Below, one piece after another: positions 37,873-50,588 of a DNA stretch of 64,000 nt. The stretch covers positions 94,736,001 through 94,800,000 of the forward strand of contig NC_042997.1 of NCBI RefSeq assembly GCF_006345805.1, given 5' to 3'. The stretch's first letter is position 1, and every line of letters begins with the position of its first letter. The stretch comes from Octopus sinensis (Eukaryota). The notes under the pieces are model-generated. The model ran no database searches. It was given only the letters and a program-made list of their open reading frames with translations, and was not told the DNA's origin. A program made the translations under genes and the position numbers.

Positions 37873-37945
37873 AACACTACGATCGTTTCATGGCTGTACA
37901 ATTCGTAATAATTCGAGTTATGGTTACAGTCAATCTTCAGGTTAA
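37873..37945 (-). ncRNA. Type I hammerhead-like motif (family 3)
   Basis: The minus strand reads AAC-CTGAAGA-TTGACTGTA..(loop)..TACAGCCAT-GAAAC-GATC-GTA-GTGTT. Both core boxes are intact, helix III is the palindrome ACGATCGT, stem II has 2 mismatches and stem I is weak. Confidence 0.6.
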
Positions 37946-38265
<320 letters not shown>

Positions 38266-38626
38266 TAAGTAAACCACATATTTTCATTGATATGGACACT
38301 GCGTACTCAGTTGACTGATTGCTTTGTACTGCCTTCTCATTTCATCGATTTGTAAGTTGCAGACATTTTCATAAACACAAGTACCCATAACATATAAGTA
38401 GCCTTATATGGATGAAGCTTAAAGGCCCTATCATCAGCAGGTATCAGAAAGGAAACGTTGAAATTTACCCTAAAATTAGACATGTATGGAATTCTCAATC
38501 ATTTGAATAAGTTAACGAGCACAATAAGTTCGATTGTTCGAACTCACTGTCGAAATGGTTTACAATTCATGAAAAACGCATCACGTACACACACATACTC
38601 ATACAAACATACACGTACATACATTC

Positions 38627-38662
<36 letters not shown>

Positions 38663-40329
38663 CTACGTATATCCAACAATATTTGCTAACTTCCAAAATA
38701 AACTTCTTATCTATTCTCGATCGACTTGATGATTCGTCGAATGATGGAATGCTTTCTTTCAACAATAGCGTGCGTCTAGATCAAATTTATCAACGTCTTT
38801 CGAACCTACTCCGTAAAAGTAAACGTAATCCCTATTTAATAATACTCTTAACGTAACTCAGTGATAAGCGACCGGCTAATTACATGCATATTATAAGTCC
38901 TACAATATGCACGCATATAATAAAGCAGACTAAATTGATTCATTTATGCCAGCGATAATATTTGTATTGATTTGTTTTGATAATTTTGTGGAGTACTTAT
39001 TTTTAACTTAAGTTTGTTGACCTCAGAAGTATGAATAGTAATGTATACTTCAGAAATATCTTAGTTGAGGAGCATCAGAAATGAAAATAAATATGATGCT
39101 TTTATAATTGTTATGTTTTCCGATTTAGCCTTGAGTAGATATAATAACTAAGAAAGAATTATGAGCAACAAAAATATATAGATTAAATTTAAGGCTGCGT
39201 TCACTTAAATCAAATGCAATATGCCCTCATTGCGCTATCCTACTCACCTCTCTTTTATTTGTTTTATAACTTAAACTCTGTAATGCGATACAGTGGATGC
39301 AATGAAAATCATTGCTGAATTTTTACGTTATCTTTTCCACTTCAGGAGAGGAAGTGCATAGTTGAACCTAGAATTAGAATATGTACATGTAAAGGAACTT
39401 AAGAAAATGCAGTATCTTACTAGTTACACTACCAATATTGCAAAACAACCACCATTTCCAGCCATTCGATATTACTTTCTTTTGACGGCACATATTTCTT
39501 CAGTGCCTAATTTTCATAGATTCCATACAATTAGGACTTAGTTGTTATTCCTTTGAGGTATTTTCAACACAGAATTACGAAACTTATCCAAATATTCACC
39601 TGCTGCTTAGATGAATCGGATTTGATACGTGTGCTGGTACATCATTACCATCTCCACTCAGCAATTTTCACTTTTATTATCTTGAGTATATAAAAGAAAA
39701 TCGATAATAACTGCATTAGATGCTTGGAAACGAAGTTGTAAGGCGTCGCTTTTAATTGTAGGATAGTAAACATAGTTTAAATAAAATCATTAACAAGCCG
39801 TTCGTTTTCGGGGTAGATTAATTACGTTACTTACTTCAGCCGAACATATAAATGGTAACATCAGTCGTATAAAGCCTAAAATAAATACATATTGCCCAAC
39901 AGCCCGACTTTAAACAATATCCATTGAAGCAGCAGAAGTCTAAAGATGTTTACCAAGGGTTGTACTGATATATGTTAATATACAAAGATGCCGTAATAAT
40001 GGTAGTGAAAGCTATCAGAATATGTGTAGGAGCTCCTGATGTAACGGTTGAAAATGAAAGTATTAGTGGTAGTGTAATTTTAGTGAAGAATTGCAAATGA
40101 CCCAATCTGGGTTTTCTTCTAAAGTGCTGTGCATAATGACATTTTCAACAATAGCAGAAACTTTTTGGAGTGCGTCAAATGTAAACATTGATAATTGTCA
40201 GAAAACGACGTGATTTTAGCTATTTTTTCCACTTAAATAAATTCAGATATGCAGTTTTTCAACGATTTATACTTGTAATTTCTATGTAAAGCATGTTAAA
40301 GCCTATAATTCCCTACACAAAGCAAACAT

Positions 40330-40745
40330 GCAAGTATACACATACATATACCCGGTCATACAAATACAAAGACATATACAGATACACATTTTACACAAAC
40401 ATGCACCAATATAAATCTGAGTGTGTAGAAACATATATAGACACGCACGCATGCATAGACACACACACACAAACATATACATGTATACATACATGTACGT
40501 ATAAGTATGTATTCATGTACATATATATATATATGCTTGTATATAGATACACAGACACTCGCACACTCATACACGCAATCATACAAGCACACATGCACGC
40601 ACACACACAAATATATACATGGGTACATACATGTACGTATAAGTATCTCTGCGCGTTATATATATATATATATATACATATATGCATGTGTACACACACA
40701 CGCACACACATATAGATATATATGCAAATAATCATATACATGTAA
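40330..40745. repeat. Cryptic CA/TA-rich low-complexity tract with an internal direct repeat
   Basis: TACATACATGTACGTATAAGTAT occurs at ~40485 and ~40624. Confidence 0.85.
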
Positions 40746-41386
40746 AGATATTCATTCTTACACTGGTATATGGAATTGATAAAAAGGATTGAAATATTAT
40801 TCTTCATAATTAACCATGACAAATGCTGATAATTGATAGTAAATTTTAAAATAATCTGGATATCACTGGAGCTGATTGAAAAACAATAAATGGAAAATCA
40901 CCAGCAACGAGTAATAAATTAATATACTTTAAAGATAACAATAATTTAGTGGTTTTATTTTTAGAGTTCTCTTAGCTCTATCCAGGGTAATAGCCAGCAA
41001 GCTGTATACTATTGAATAAGATTGTTTACTTCATTGTCTCTATTGGTTTGTTCAATAAACTATTTCGTTTTGTATTTGGCACACCATCCTCATATGCGTG
41101 AAAAAAAGTAAGATATCAAGAAATTTCAAAAAGGGTAAGCACAATGTGTAGAGGAAGATTAAAGCTAATAAAACCATAAAATATTTTAATAAAAATTCCT
41201 TTAGCTTAATTAAAAATTTATTGGAAATGATTTGTAGAGATTGGAAAATTTTTTATCCGACAGGCCAGTAGGATTCCTAAGCTTCTCTACAGTTATCGGC
41301 TATTATATACTATCATATAGCAGGAACAATCCAGTTACCAGAATGAATTAGTGTCTGCTGTTCATATATATATATATATAATATAT

Positions 41387-41454
<68 letters not shown>

Positions 41455-41464
41455 ATAAGCAGAG

Positions 41465-41965
41465 TTAACGGTTATAGTAACCAACTAAGGTATAAAATAT
41501 CCGTATGTACTATCGGTATCAGTTACTAGTTTGATCTCTGGGCATGGATATGCAGGCACACTATGCTTGTAGAGTACAGGTAACAAGAGAGTAGGATTAA
41601 GGACGTAATTAACCAATGCACTGTCACAACACAGTTTAGTAAAATGAGTTACATAGGAGCTACCAAAAATGAGATGAAACGTAGACTAGTCACACATCAA
41701 CATTATCTTAGAAATAGAAACAGAATTAACTCGACTGGATTAAGTAAGTATATTTAGGAACTCAAAGGTAGTGATATTGGCTTCACACTAGAATGGAGCA
41801 TCCTCGCTACTGCACCTTCAAATAATGAAAAAAAGGAAATGTTATATTTGCGTTAATGAAATTTTTTTTCATTCTACCAGCACGAAAGCCACTATTGAAT
41901 CTAAGAGAGGAAAGAAGTATAGCTTGCCTACACAAACGGGACACTTTCGATAAATATAAATAACA
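41465..41965 (+). mobile_element. Penelope-like (Neptune-type) GIY-YIG relic
   Basis: KISVCT..LISGH is followed by DVINQCTVTTQFSKMSYIGATKNEMKRRLVTH..NSTGLSKYI*ELK..LEWSILATAP..CYICVNEIFFIL..LLNLREE, a PLE endonuclease pattern. Confidence 0.85.
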
Positions 41966-42960
41966 TCAGAAACTCTTACACTACCCCAAAATAGTACCAT
42001 GAACCCCACACCATAGAAATAGTAGCCCTTGATAATAATTTGAAGGGTATGCGTTTACTCCTTAATTTAAGTTGGTTTGCTAGAGTAATACAGGGGCTCT
42101 TGCTGATATTTATTTAAATATCCTTCTACTTTGACCCAAATTCCGAGTTTAGGTCCCACCCTCACCCATACCTACTCCCTATATCTTAAACCAATTAAGC
42201 CATTCCTCCTTAATATAACCAAAGAACCCCTTGCAATAATGCCAGATACTTCATTCATGAACATATTTGAAAACGCAGCGGACATATGTATTGAACCACA
42301 ATGTTATATTCCCTAATAACTAATTCAAATTCAAATTTTTATTTTAAATTTTAGCTATTTATTTTGTTTTATTTTATCCTCCAGTACCTTTTATACCATG
42401 GATGTGCTTGTTGGCTCTTGTAATCTAGACTTAATTCTCTACGAACTTATTGGTCTTCGTTCACTTAAAATAGACCTCAATAGCCCTACCCACTTAGGAA
42501 CAACATTATCCCCCTCTAGGATTTATCTTATTTTATTGAACTCAATGTTAGCTTCCTCCACTATACATTGTATGGGTCTGCACTTGGACAGTACAGTAGT
42601 TGTAATTACTGGTAGATATTTGTAAAATCTGGATAACTATGTAGGAATCAAAGTGTAATTTGCTGGTAGACCTAGTATGACTGCATCCACTTTAGGGTCA
42701 ATATAATTTATTATATTACTTATATGACCAATCTAACTTTTAGGATAATGTAATGCATATTAAATATGTTTAGGAAAATGTCTGAACATGAGAGTTATAT
42801 TCATGGTACTAATTAACATGCGATTTGGTCTGAAATCTTAATCACTTAAATGTTAGTGGTTTTGTGATTTGCCTTTCTTGTGTACCTATATAGGTCTTTA
42901 ATATAATCTTATAAAAAATCTGTACTAGCTGTCTCCCCTTAAGTATAAAATGTTATAGTA
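41966..42960 (-). mobile_element. Probable 5' part of a PLE, in opposite orientation to the adjacent GIY-YIG relic
   Basis: Decayed frames IDPKVDAVILGLPANYTLIP and GYYFYGV resemble PLE pre-RT and 'FYGLPK' motifs. They are heavily degraded. Confidence 0.4.
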
Positions 42961-43799
42961 TTTTGTTTGACTGTATTTATCTGTTCATTTATTTATTCTT
43001 ATGTTATGTCGGGAAGTTGTAGAAGGCTATAAGCGGCCTAGTGCCTCTTATATCTCCCCCGCACCCTTTATTTACTTATTTTTCTTGTTTTTCTTTTTTA
43101 TTTACATATCCATTCAGATTGTTTTAACTTTTGCTCTTGGTTCAAATATAATTGATCAATTGTAGAGATGGATAGACTTTAATCTCTCCCATTGCGGGCA
43201 ACAGGTGGTGTTCTCTATAATATTTCATTAAGTTCATTATCATAAGAACCCTACGGTATTGTTTTGGATAAATATCAGCAAGCGATAGTTACAGATTGCA
43301 TATTACAGATTTCATATTTACAGATTACATATTACAGATTTCTTGACATGTTAATAATTTTTTCTAACTTTCTAGACATTTCTAGACATGTTAGTAATTA
43401 TTTTTTTTGCTAACTTTTTTCCACAACTTTTAAAACATCTTTGTTCCTCCTTTATATGGAAATAATCCGAAAATATTTTCCCTAGAACTAATCAATCTGA
43501 ATCAATCTTTTCCATACTAACATAGAAGCCCTATGATAGAAGATCGTATGATTTTAATGAACTAGGCCTCTTGGCTTCTTCTCTAGGCAGTTTTCTTTCC
43601 TATTCTCTCTTCCTATTGTTTATTTTCTGAATACTTTTGCTTTCACACTGATAAAGCTCCATGTTCTAGTTCGAATATCGTACGGAGATGAAGAATATTA
43701 TTTTCGAAATTCTTTCGTAGGCACTGACTGATATGGGAAGCGGAAACGGCCGTAAGAATGTTTATGTCTCATAAATGTTATATCATGTTTTGTATTAAA

Positions 43800-44113
43800 C
43801 TAGCAGTATCGCCCGGCGTTGCTCGGGTTTGTGAGGGAAATAACTATATAAGCATTTTTAGAGAGTTACTTCCCTTATATAAACCGAGCAAAAATGCATT
43901 AAAAATGCGGAAAAATGATTAATTTTTTTTTAAATCGTAGACTTATCGTAGACGTGCACTAATACCCAGAAGGGCTCGATATGAATGACGACTATAAGAT
44001 ACCCGCTTTTGGTTAAACTGCACCGCTAAATGTGGGAGTAGTTAGGAATCTAAATCGGAGTAGACAGACACACACACAACTACAGTTTTATCTATAAAGA
44101 TAATAAGTATAGA
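43800..44113 (-). mobile_element. Complete short non-autonomous Helitron
   Basis: The minus strand runs A|TCTATACTTATTATCTTTATAG ... CCCGAGCAACGCCGGGCGATACTG-CTAG|T. It has a 5' TC, a 3' hairpin + CTAG, an AT target and no TSD. The 3' end matches the element at 26550. Confidence 0.88.
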
Positions 44114-44163
44114 TGTGGTCCAATTGATTTATTTGTTGATCAATGTTTTTTTTCTATTTTCTG

Positions 44164-44242
<79 letters not shown>

Positions 44243-45064
44243 GCGTGCATATGTTATACGACGCTGAAGTCATAAACATATAGGTATCACAGAATGCATA
44301 TTTAAACCAGATATTGTTAAATTTTCTCCAGCCATACTACTTCCTTCAGAATTATCAAAACGAGGACGTTGACAATACACATGTATTTGGAAAGAATACG
44401 ATGGTAAGTACAGTGCCAAACGCAAGGTATTTGAGCGATATAAACCACAAAGAAATTGAACAAATCTCTGTAGATCATGACTTCTTGAAAAAGGTATAAA
44501 AAGAGTAAACCTTATGGTCATAGACTTAATTATTCTGCAGATTATCTAAATATCAGACGCAAAACATGCTGAATTGCACAATATCCATAAATGTCACTCA
44601 AGTCCTAGAAGATTATACAATCACGTTTTCCTGAACAACACGTCACTATTTTTGCAGGAAGATTCGCGCACTGTCTCAGAATTTCGTTTACAGTAACTCT
44701 TGTGGCTTATATCGATATTCTCAGCTGTAATTTATAAAACTTTAACTAACATCTGCAAATCTAAATAATCTTTCGATCCTTCTCCATAAATCATATGCTT
44801 TAAGCAACTTTAAATTCTACATATCTAATTAACCAAGGGACATAACCCACACCATGCACCAAAAGAAAAATGAGAAGAAAACATACTAATTAAGTACGAA
44901 TCCCTAAACCTATTCGACCAGTAATGAAATAAGAGAAAATCTGAATTGCAATAAACTATATCCCTCTATTTCTACAAGAAGATGTGTGGCTGCCTAATGC
45001 TTATTTGGCATGGCAAGAATAAGAAACATCGCATCACGATGTAATATCATTTTCAAATTCTGGA

Positions 45065-45165
45065 TCGCGGCAAGCAATTCCGAGCACTAACGCCTACGTA
45101 TCAGGCCTATGCTCAACTGGTGCTTATTTTATCGACCAGGAGAATATGAAAGGCAAAGTCGACAA
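45065..45165 (-). mobile_element. SINE family A fragment
   Basis: CAACTGGTGCTTATTTTATCGACCAGGAGAATATGAAAGGCAAAGTCGAC. Confidence 0.7.
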
Positions 45166-45169
45166 GTGA

Positions 45170-45329
45170 ATATTGTAAGAGGGGCCTTGTAAGTCTACCA
45201 GATAGATGGAAGGGCATTGTAGAATATGAAGAAGGAAAGTCTACTTTAGATTAAAGAACAATTTGTCTAACTTACATTTGAAAAATAAAAGAAGTATAAA
45301 ATACCGCAAGATTATGGGATTATCTAATA
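45170..45329 (+). mobile_element. Mariner-derived 3'-end fragment
   Basis: CCAGATAGATGGAAGGGCATTGTAGAATATGAAG..AAAAATAAAAGAAGTATAAAATACCGCAAGATTATGGGATTATCTAATA. Homologous to 3680-3812. Confidence 0.65.
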
Positions 45330-45386
45330 ATATGAAAATCGACTACATAATATGAAAATCGACTACATAATATGAAAATCGACTAC
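45327..45386 (+). repeat. 20-bp minisatellite x3
   Basis: (ATAATATGAAAATCGACTAC)3. Confidence 0.95.
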
Positions 45387-45462
45387 ACACGTATATATAC
45401 ACATGAATATATATGTATATATATATATATATATATATTGTGGGGGAAGTGAGTGTGTATGT

Positions 45463-45493
<31 letters not shown>

Positions 45494-46067
45494 CGGAGTG
45501 GCTTCTAAAATACCACTCGTATATTATTGCTCAACTATTCTATTTGATAGAAAATCTCTGTTTACTCCACGACATTTCTAAGTCGAAGTTAGAACTATAA
45601 AATTATTAAGCGTGCGTCTGAACCACGTGACCATTTCGATGTTTTTTCTATCATCTCACTACATTTTAAAAATAACAGCACATCCTAATATAAGGACATA
45701 ACATGTAATATTGATACAGCGTATTGAGGTATAATAAATATTCAGTAACTTACTTCAAGTTACTGAGATGAAGTATTCGCACAGAAATTTAATATCTGCA
45801 GAATACAAGAATAAACATTACATTCACTTAGAATATCGAATATGTTTTCCAGCGTAGCGGCAATGCTATATCATTTACTCTACCACAGATGAATGTATAA
45901 TCATTTCTTTTCTCCTCTTATTTCTCTATCGTAACTCTTTTCCTATTCATACAATCATATTAAATTTTAAATTCTAATTAGGTCAACCAATCATTCTTGC
46001 ATTTAACACATAATTATATACAAAAATACACATTTCCATGTACATAAATATCAAGCACACATACACA

Positions 46068-46099
<32 letters not shown>

Positions 46100-46454
46100 T
46101 GCATGTATGTATATGTATATATAGATGAAGTAGATGCATTCGTGTATTTCGAGGAAGATAAGTATTTCGAACTCACAATTGCGACGCTTCCAGTTTGTCG
46201 CTAGGTCAGAATTTTGTTTTTACCAAATTATGGACGTGTTCTTTTCGTGAAAATCACCCACAGTCTCTTCTCAAACTCTTTATTTTCTCGGAGCACAATA
46301 TCTCATCTGGTCTCATCATCGTGTGATATCTATATTTTAATCAATGCAAGTTCTATCAGTGCATTCTCCACGTAGTTGGTCACTTTTACATTTCCTGAAT
46401 TGTCTCTGAAACATTCTGTAACATTGCTCAAATATAATTTCTTTGTTATTAACA

Positions 46455-46629
46455 TTATTCCCCAGACATTATTTACGTTATTTACATTTGACCGTATTGG
46501 CCCTCATCTTGTTTGTTGTTAACACAACGTTTCGGCTGATATAATCTCCAGCCTTCATCAGGTGTCTTGGGGAAATTTCAAACCTGGGTTCTCATTCCTA
46601 AGATATCTTTCGGTGTTGTTGTTGTTTTC

Positions 46630-46694
<65 letters not shown>

Positions 46695-46710
46695 CATTAT
46701 TTTTATTATT
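46455..46710 (-). mobile_element. Solo PLE 3'-terminal module: (AAT)n + hammerhead family 1
   Basis: Homologous to 8820-9000 but with no tRNA-like unit or coding sequence attached. Confidence 0.85.
46521..46566 (-). ncRNA. Minimal type I hammerhead ribozyme motif (family 1, best-preserved copy)
   Basis: GACAC-CTGATGA-A-GGCTG-gagattatat-CAGCC-GAAAC-GTT-GTGTT. Both core boxes are intact, stems I and II are fully paired at 5 bp, helix III is a loopless palindrome, and the predicted cleavage is after GUU. Confidence 0.8.
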
Positions 46711-47144
46711 TCACAATGGAAAGGGAAAAAAAGACAATCAGCTAACTTCAATTCCCACCATCCATATAGAGTATAGAGAGGGATTGCTCAGTCCCTAAAA
46801 CATCGAGCAATGGATATAAGTATCGAGCGTGATACTCACCACAAAGAAATGATCAAGCTAAGTAACAATCTATTAAGTAACAACTACCCCCAAAACATAC
46901 TAGCAGACTTAAAATCTACTAGCAATCTTAAAGGAAGATAGAGATTTTCAGAATTTGTTTAGGAGAGTTATAAGACTACGCCAAACTTGTAGCAATTTCA
47001 TGCTCTAGCAGTCATTATACGAGCTATGAAAATCCAACATGTTAATGAGACGTCGACATAAATTTGCAATTGACTATATTTTACTTAGCCATTTAAAATC
47101 ATTTCAAAGGCAATGAAAAGACTGCAAATCTGTCTCCCACTTAC

Positions 47145-47341
47145 CATATTACGGGCAGACTGCACCATATCTTGTCTACTGTGTATCATGTAACTACAAA
47201 GGAGGGTTTCTACCAATCCTGTAACCCTTATTGATGCAACATCAGCCTCAACGTCTAGTACTGCTACCGCTGCAAGAGGTGGCAGCGCTAGATCTCTTCT
47301 AATCTTCAGTGTTCGCAGGTATTTCACGTCAATTGCAAAGC
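47145..47341 (-). CDS. Candidate internal coding exon of an unidentified host gene (197 nt, phase 1 to 0)
   Basis: The acceptor is ATTTCTTTTCGTTAAG| and the donor ATG|GTAAGT. The open frame reads FAIDVKYLRTLKIRRDLALPPLAAVAVLDVEADVASIRVTGLVETLLCSYMIHSRQDMVQSARNM, in a GC-richer non-repetitive island. I recognise no homologue. Confidence 0.45.
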
Positions 47342-49429
47342 CTTAACGAAAAGAAATGTTGACATGATACAAAACGTCAAGATGTTTATGTCCGATGTCT
47401 TCTACAGAATTATCGATGGTCAACTGCATGAATATTGCATTATTCATGAAATTTGCCTTTATGTCTGTTTTTGTAGGGCACAAAAACTATTCTTTATAAA
47501 TATGCATAAACGTGGCTGTGTTGTGTGTGTTACAGTATGTGTGTAGGTGAGAATGTGTTTGAGTTCTTGTTTTATTGTGTATGTGTGTGAGCGTGATTAC
47601 TTTGTATAACATAAACGTATAAGACAGCGTTCATGCATTTCCCACATGAATATCATTTGTACAAAATAAAGGGTGATATATGACTATAAACAGCTATGCT
47701 AGTTAGTTAATATCAATTACAAATTTAAATATTTCACTAAAATGATAATGAATATAGGATTACCAAATTTTCCCTGTACAGAAATTTAGTAATATTGAAA
47801 GAATGCATACATTTTCCGCATTTATATGATTATTAATCTGAGAATTAATTCGTAATGCAACATTATTTTAATTATTCATTAATTCCAAGATAGTTATCTG
47901 TTCACTTTTATATACATATTAACTATCTGGAATATATACTAGAATTTTTACATTTATTTATTTGCTTGAAATTATATATCATTGCATATACATCCTGACA
48001 TATCAGAAAACTTTCAATGATCTTCAAGAAATATTGTGAATATTTATCTTAGCACTACATTTCAAAAGAAATACAAAGTGTTATCATTCAACGAACATAT
48101 TGGACATAAATATGACTTTATGAGATAATGAAAAATTCTATCTTGTTTCATTGATATTACTAAGCAACATTTGTATACATAGCGCAATACCCTTATTATA
48201 AAACCAGCATGTACAAATTTATATTACAATTTTATTCTTGTTTGGGTTATTGATTTTTACCTAATAAACAGGTTATAACCTTCTCAACAATCCGATTGTA
48301 TTCATAAATTCTTATCAATCGTCGAAACAGTAAATATATGTATGTGCATATGTATATAGTACATACGTACACAAATACACACACACGCACACACACACAC
48401 ACATTTATATACATAAATATAAATATGTATGTACTTCTCTATATATAAGACATTGTAATGAAAGCAAATTGGTTGAATATTAAATCGTTCAAAGCAGATT
48501 GTTCGCGGAGGATATGAAATACGTTCCAAAGAAATCTGCATGTGAAATTACATGAATTGCAGTAACTGATGCTGTAGCGGCGGGGAAAAAAATTATGACT
48601 AAATAAGTTTTCCTGTTTTAAAACAGACGTCATAATAACTAGATGTATGATAATGGACGATATACAAAGATAGTACCCTTTAATTCCCTATATATTTGGC
48701 ATCACGCTACATTTTTCATTTAGTTGGAAATATGTTCTCAGGTGTGTTTATCGATTAGCGTTGCCATTGGTTACAATTGGGATTTTTCCTGTCTTTTTAA
48801 TAAATATATAAAATACTAAGCCAAGCCTGTGACGCACTCTGTTAATATTTGTGTATGACATAACGATAATTTCTTAATGTTTAGTTCAAACTATACTGAA
48901 ATATTTGTCTTTTAGTGAAATGATTCGATCTAGAATGCGGGGACGTACAATGGTAAATAAAGTCATATAGCCATACGGAATTGAGTAAATGTATTCCGTT
49001 TGATGCACTAAGATTTCCAGAGCAAGCATATATTATATTCATAGTAAGTGTTTAAAATGAAATCGTTTAGCGTAATAAGCAAACATGAAGTAAGTAAATT
49101 GACTATTGTTTACGATCGAAATTATGACGTATTAAGTATTATGTATTTTTGAAGGTTGTGCCATGATAAGAGGTAAATAACAGACGTGTTTGTTGTCAAT
49201 ATATGTCACCGGTTAGTGAGAATTTTCATCCACATAATGTATGTATGTATGAACAAAATAAATTTGAGTCGGGGTGTACTGAGTGTGTATTCAAATATCG
49301 GAAGCATGGGCTGAAAATGAAATTTTTCTAATGGTTAAGTATTTGAGTCATTTTTACAAAGTAATATTGATTTCAACATGATATTTTTGTACTATATTCA
49401 TTAATTAATTCATTCCTTCATCGAGCCCA

Positions 49430-49550
49430 GTGCTCAATTGATACTTATTTTACCACTCCCTCAGCGGATTTCGAACTCAGAATGTAGCGACAGACGAAAC
49501 GTCACTAAGCATTTTGCGTGTTGTGCTAAAGATTCTGCCTGCTCACTACC
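49430..49550 (-). mobile_element. SINE family A fragment, diverged
   Basis: CAGCGGATTTCGAACTCAGAATGTAGCGACAGACGAAACGTCACTAAGCATTTTGCG. Confidence 0.7.
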
Positions 49551-49849
49551 TTGCATATATCAACATAAATATATGTACTTGTGTGTGTGTGTATGTGTAG
49601 TTGTGTGTGAGAGTACATGTGTGTATGTGAATGTAATTGCATGAGTGAGTTCTCCAAAGCTGAAACGCCTTTAAGGAGAATGGAAGCCTGATTGTCCTGA
49701 AACATGAGGATAATCGTGGACACATGTTTCTGTCTGAACAGGTACCAGCAGGAAGACCATTTTCAACCTTATTTCCAGTAATCAAAAAGCTGCGACTTAG
49801 CGACAAAGAGCAGAAACACTTAAAACCTACTGAGGCTATAAATGTGTTC

Positions 49850-50560
49850 TACTTATAAATATTGTAAATGATACACCCAATGTGAGAAAAGCATGCATGA
49901 TTTAAATATCTATTTTTGTTAACATCAAATACATCTATATTATAAAATAGTCTTTTTTGCGATAAATGAGGCAGTATAATCTGAGGAAAATAGTGTTTGA
50001 TTTGCCTCCCTAAATAGTGAACATAATAGATTCTCAAATGCAAAGAATTCGTTTGTGGTGTAAGATGAAGTAAAATGTAACGTTTTCTGTAGAACATTTC
50101 TTATCAGAGATTAACTTCCCAGCACAAACGTTACTTCCCTTCCAATCAAACCATTATCTGTTTAACAAGTGCAATTAGAGTTAAAATTCTCTTAAGGTAT
50201 GTTTGTAATCAAGAATTAATTGTTTTATCTCATTTGTCACTCGTACGCCTGAGAGAAAATCATGTCTGAATGTTATGTTTTCTTGCCTCATTTTCATATG
50301 TGTAACATCTTGATAACAAGTGCAATTATAGTTGATACTCCGTTAAGTTTGGATTGCCATCAATAATTAATTGTTTCTCTAATTTGCACTCACCCTCTTG
50401 AGAATCTCCTTTACCTAAAATTAAAAATTCTAGACAACCTTCTCTATATCTCTGCTCGTCTCTCAAATTTTTATCGACATCATTCACAAAATTATTTATA
50501 TCTATATAATTATCCCATAATTACGATATTTCAGCGACCTGTGAATCTAAATTAATGAAA
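49850..50560 (-). mobile_element. Highly decayed L1/Tx1-like LINE ORF2 relic
   Basis: Minus-strand remnants ILDYK, TFVLG/GKLISD and AFENLL occur in the order expected for the RT motifs 'LLN.DYK', 'GF..GR.I.DN' and 'AFD.V'. There are many stops. Confidence 0.4.
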
Positions 50561-50588
50561 CTTAACATTCCTAATTTTAGGAAATGAA

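Noticed and set aside
38425-38445. CTGATGA (minus strand) as the 5' core of the 37873 hammerhead
   Set aside because: A closer CTGAAGA at 37934-37940 completes the fold. This copy has no matching stem II or GAAA partner.
39835-40032. Two small minus-strand exon-like segments (41 nt and 82 nt)
   Set aside because: Their open frames are not phase-compatible; joining them gives a stop. There is no compositional or homology support.
45327-45386. CRISPR-like array
   Set aside because: The 20-bp units are contiguous with no spacers, there are no cas genes and the context is eukaryotic. It is a minisatellite.
46562-46798. Poly-L/poly-I 'transmembrane' ORFs here and the poly-I/N ORFs at 54005-54389
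   Set aside because: They are translations of the (ATT)n tract of the PLE terminal module.
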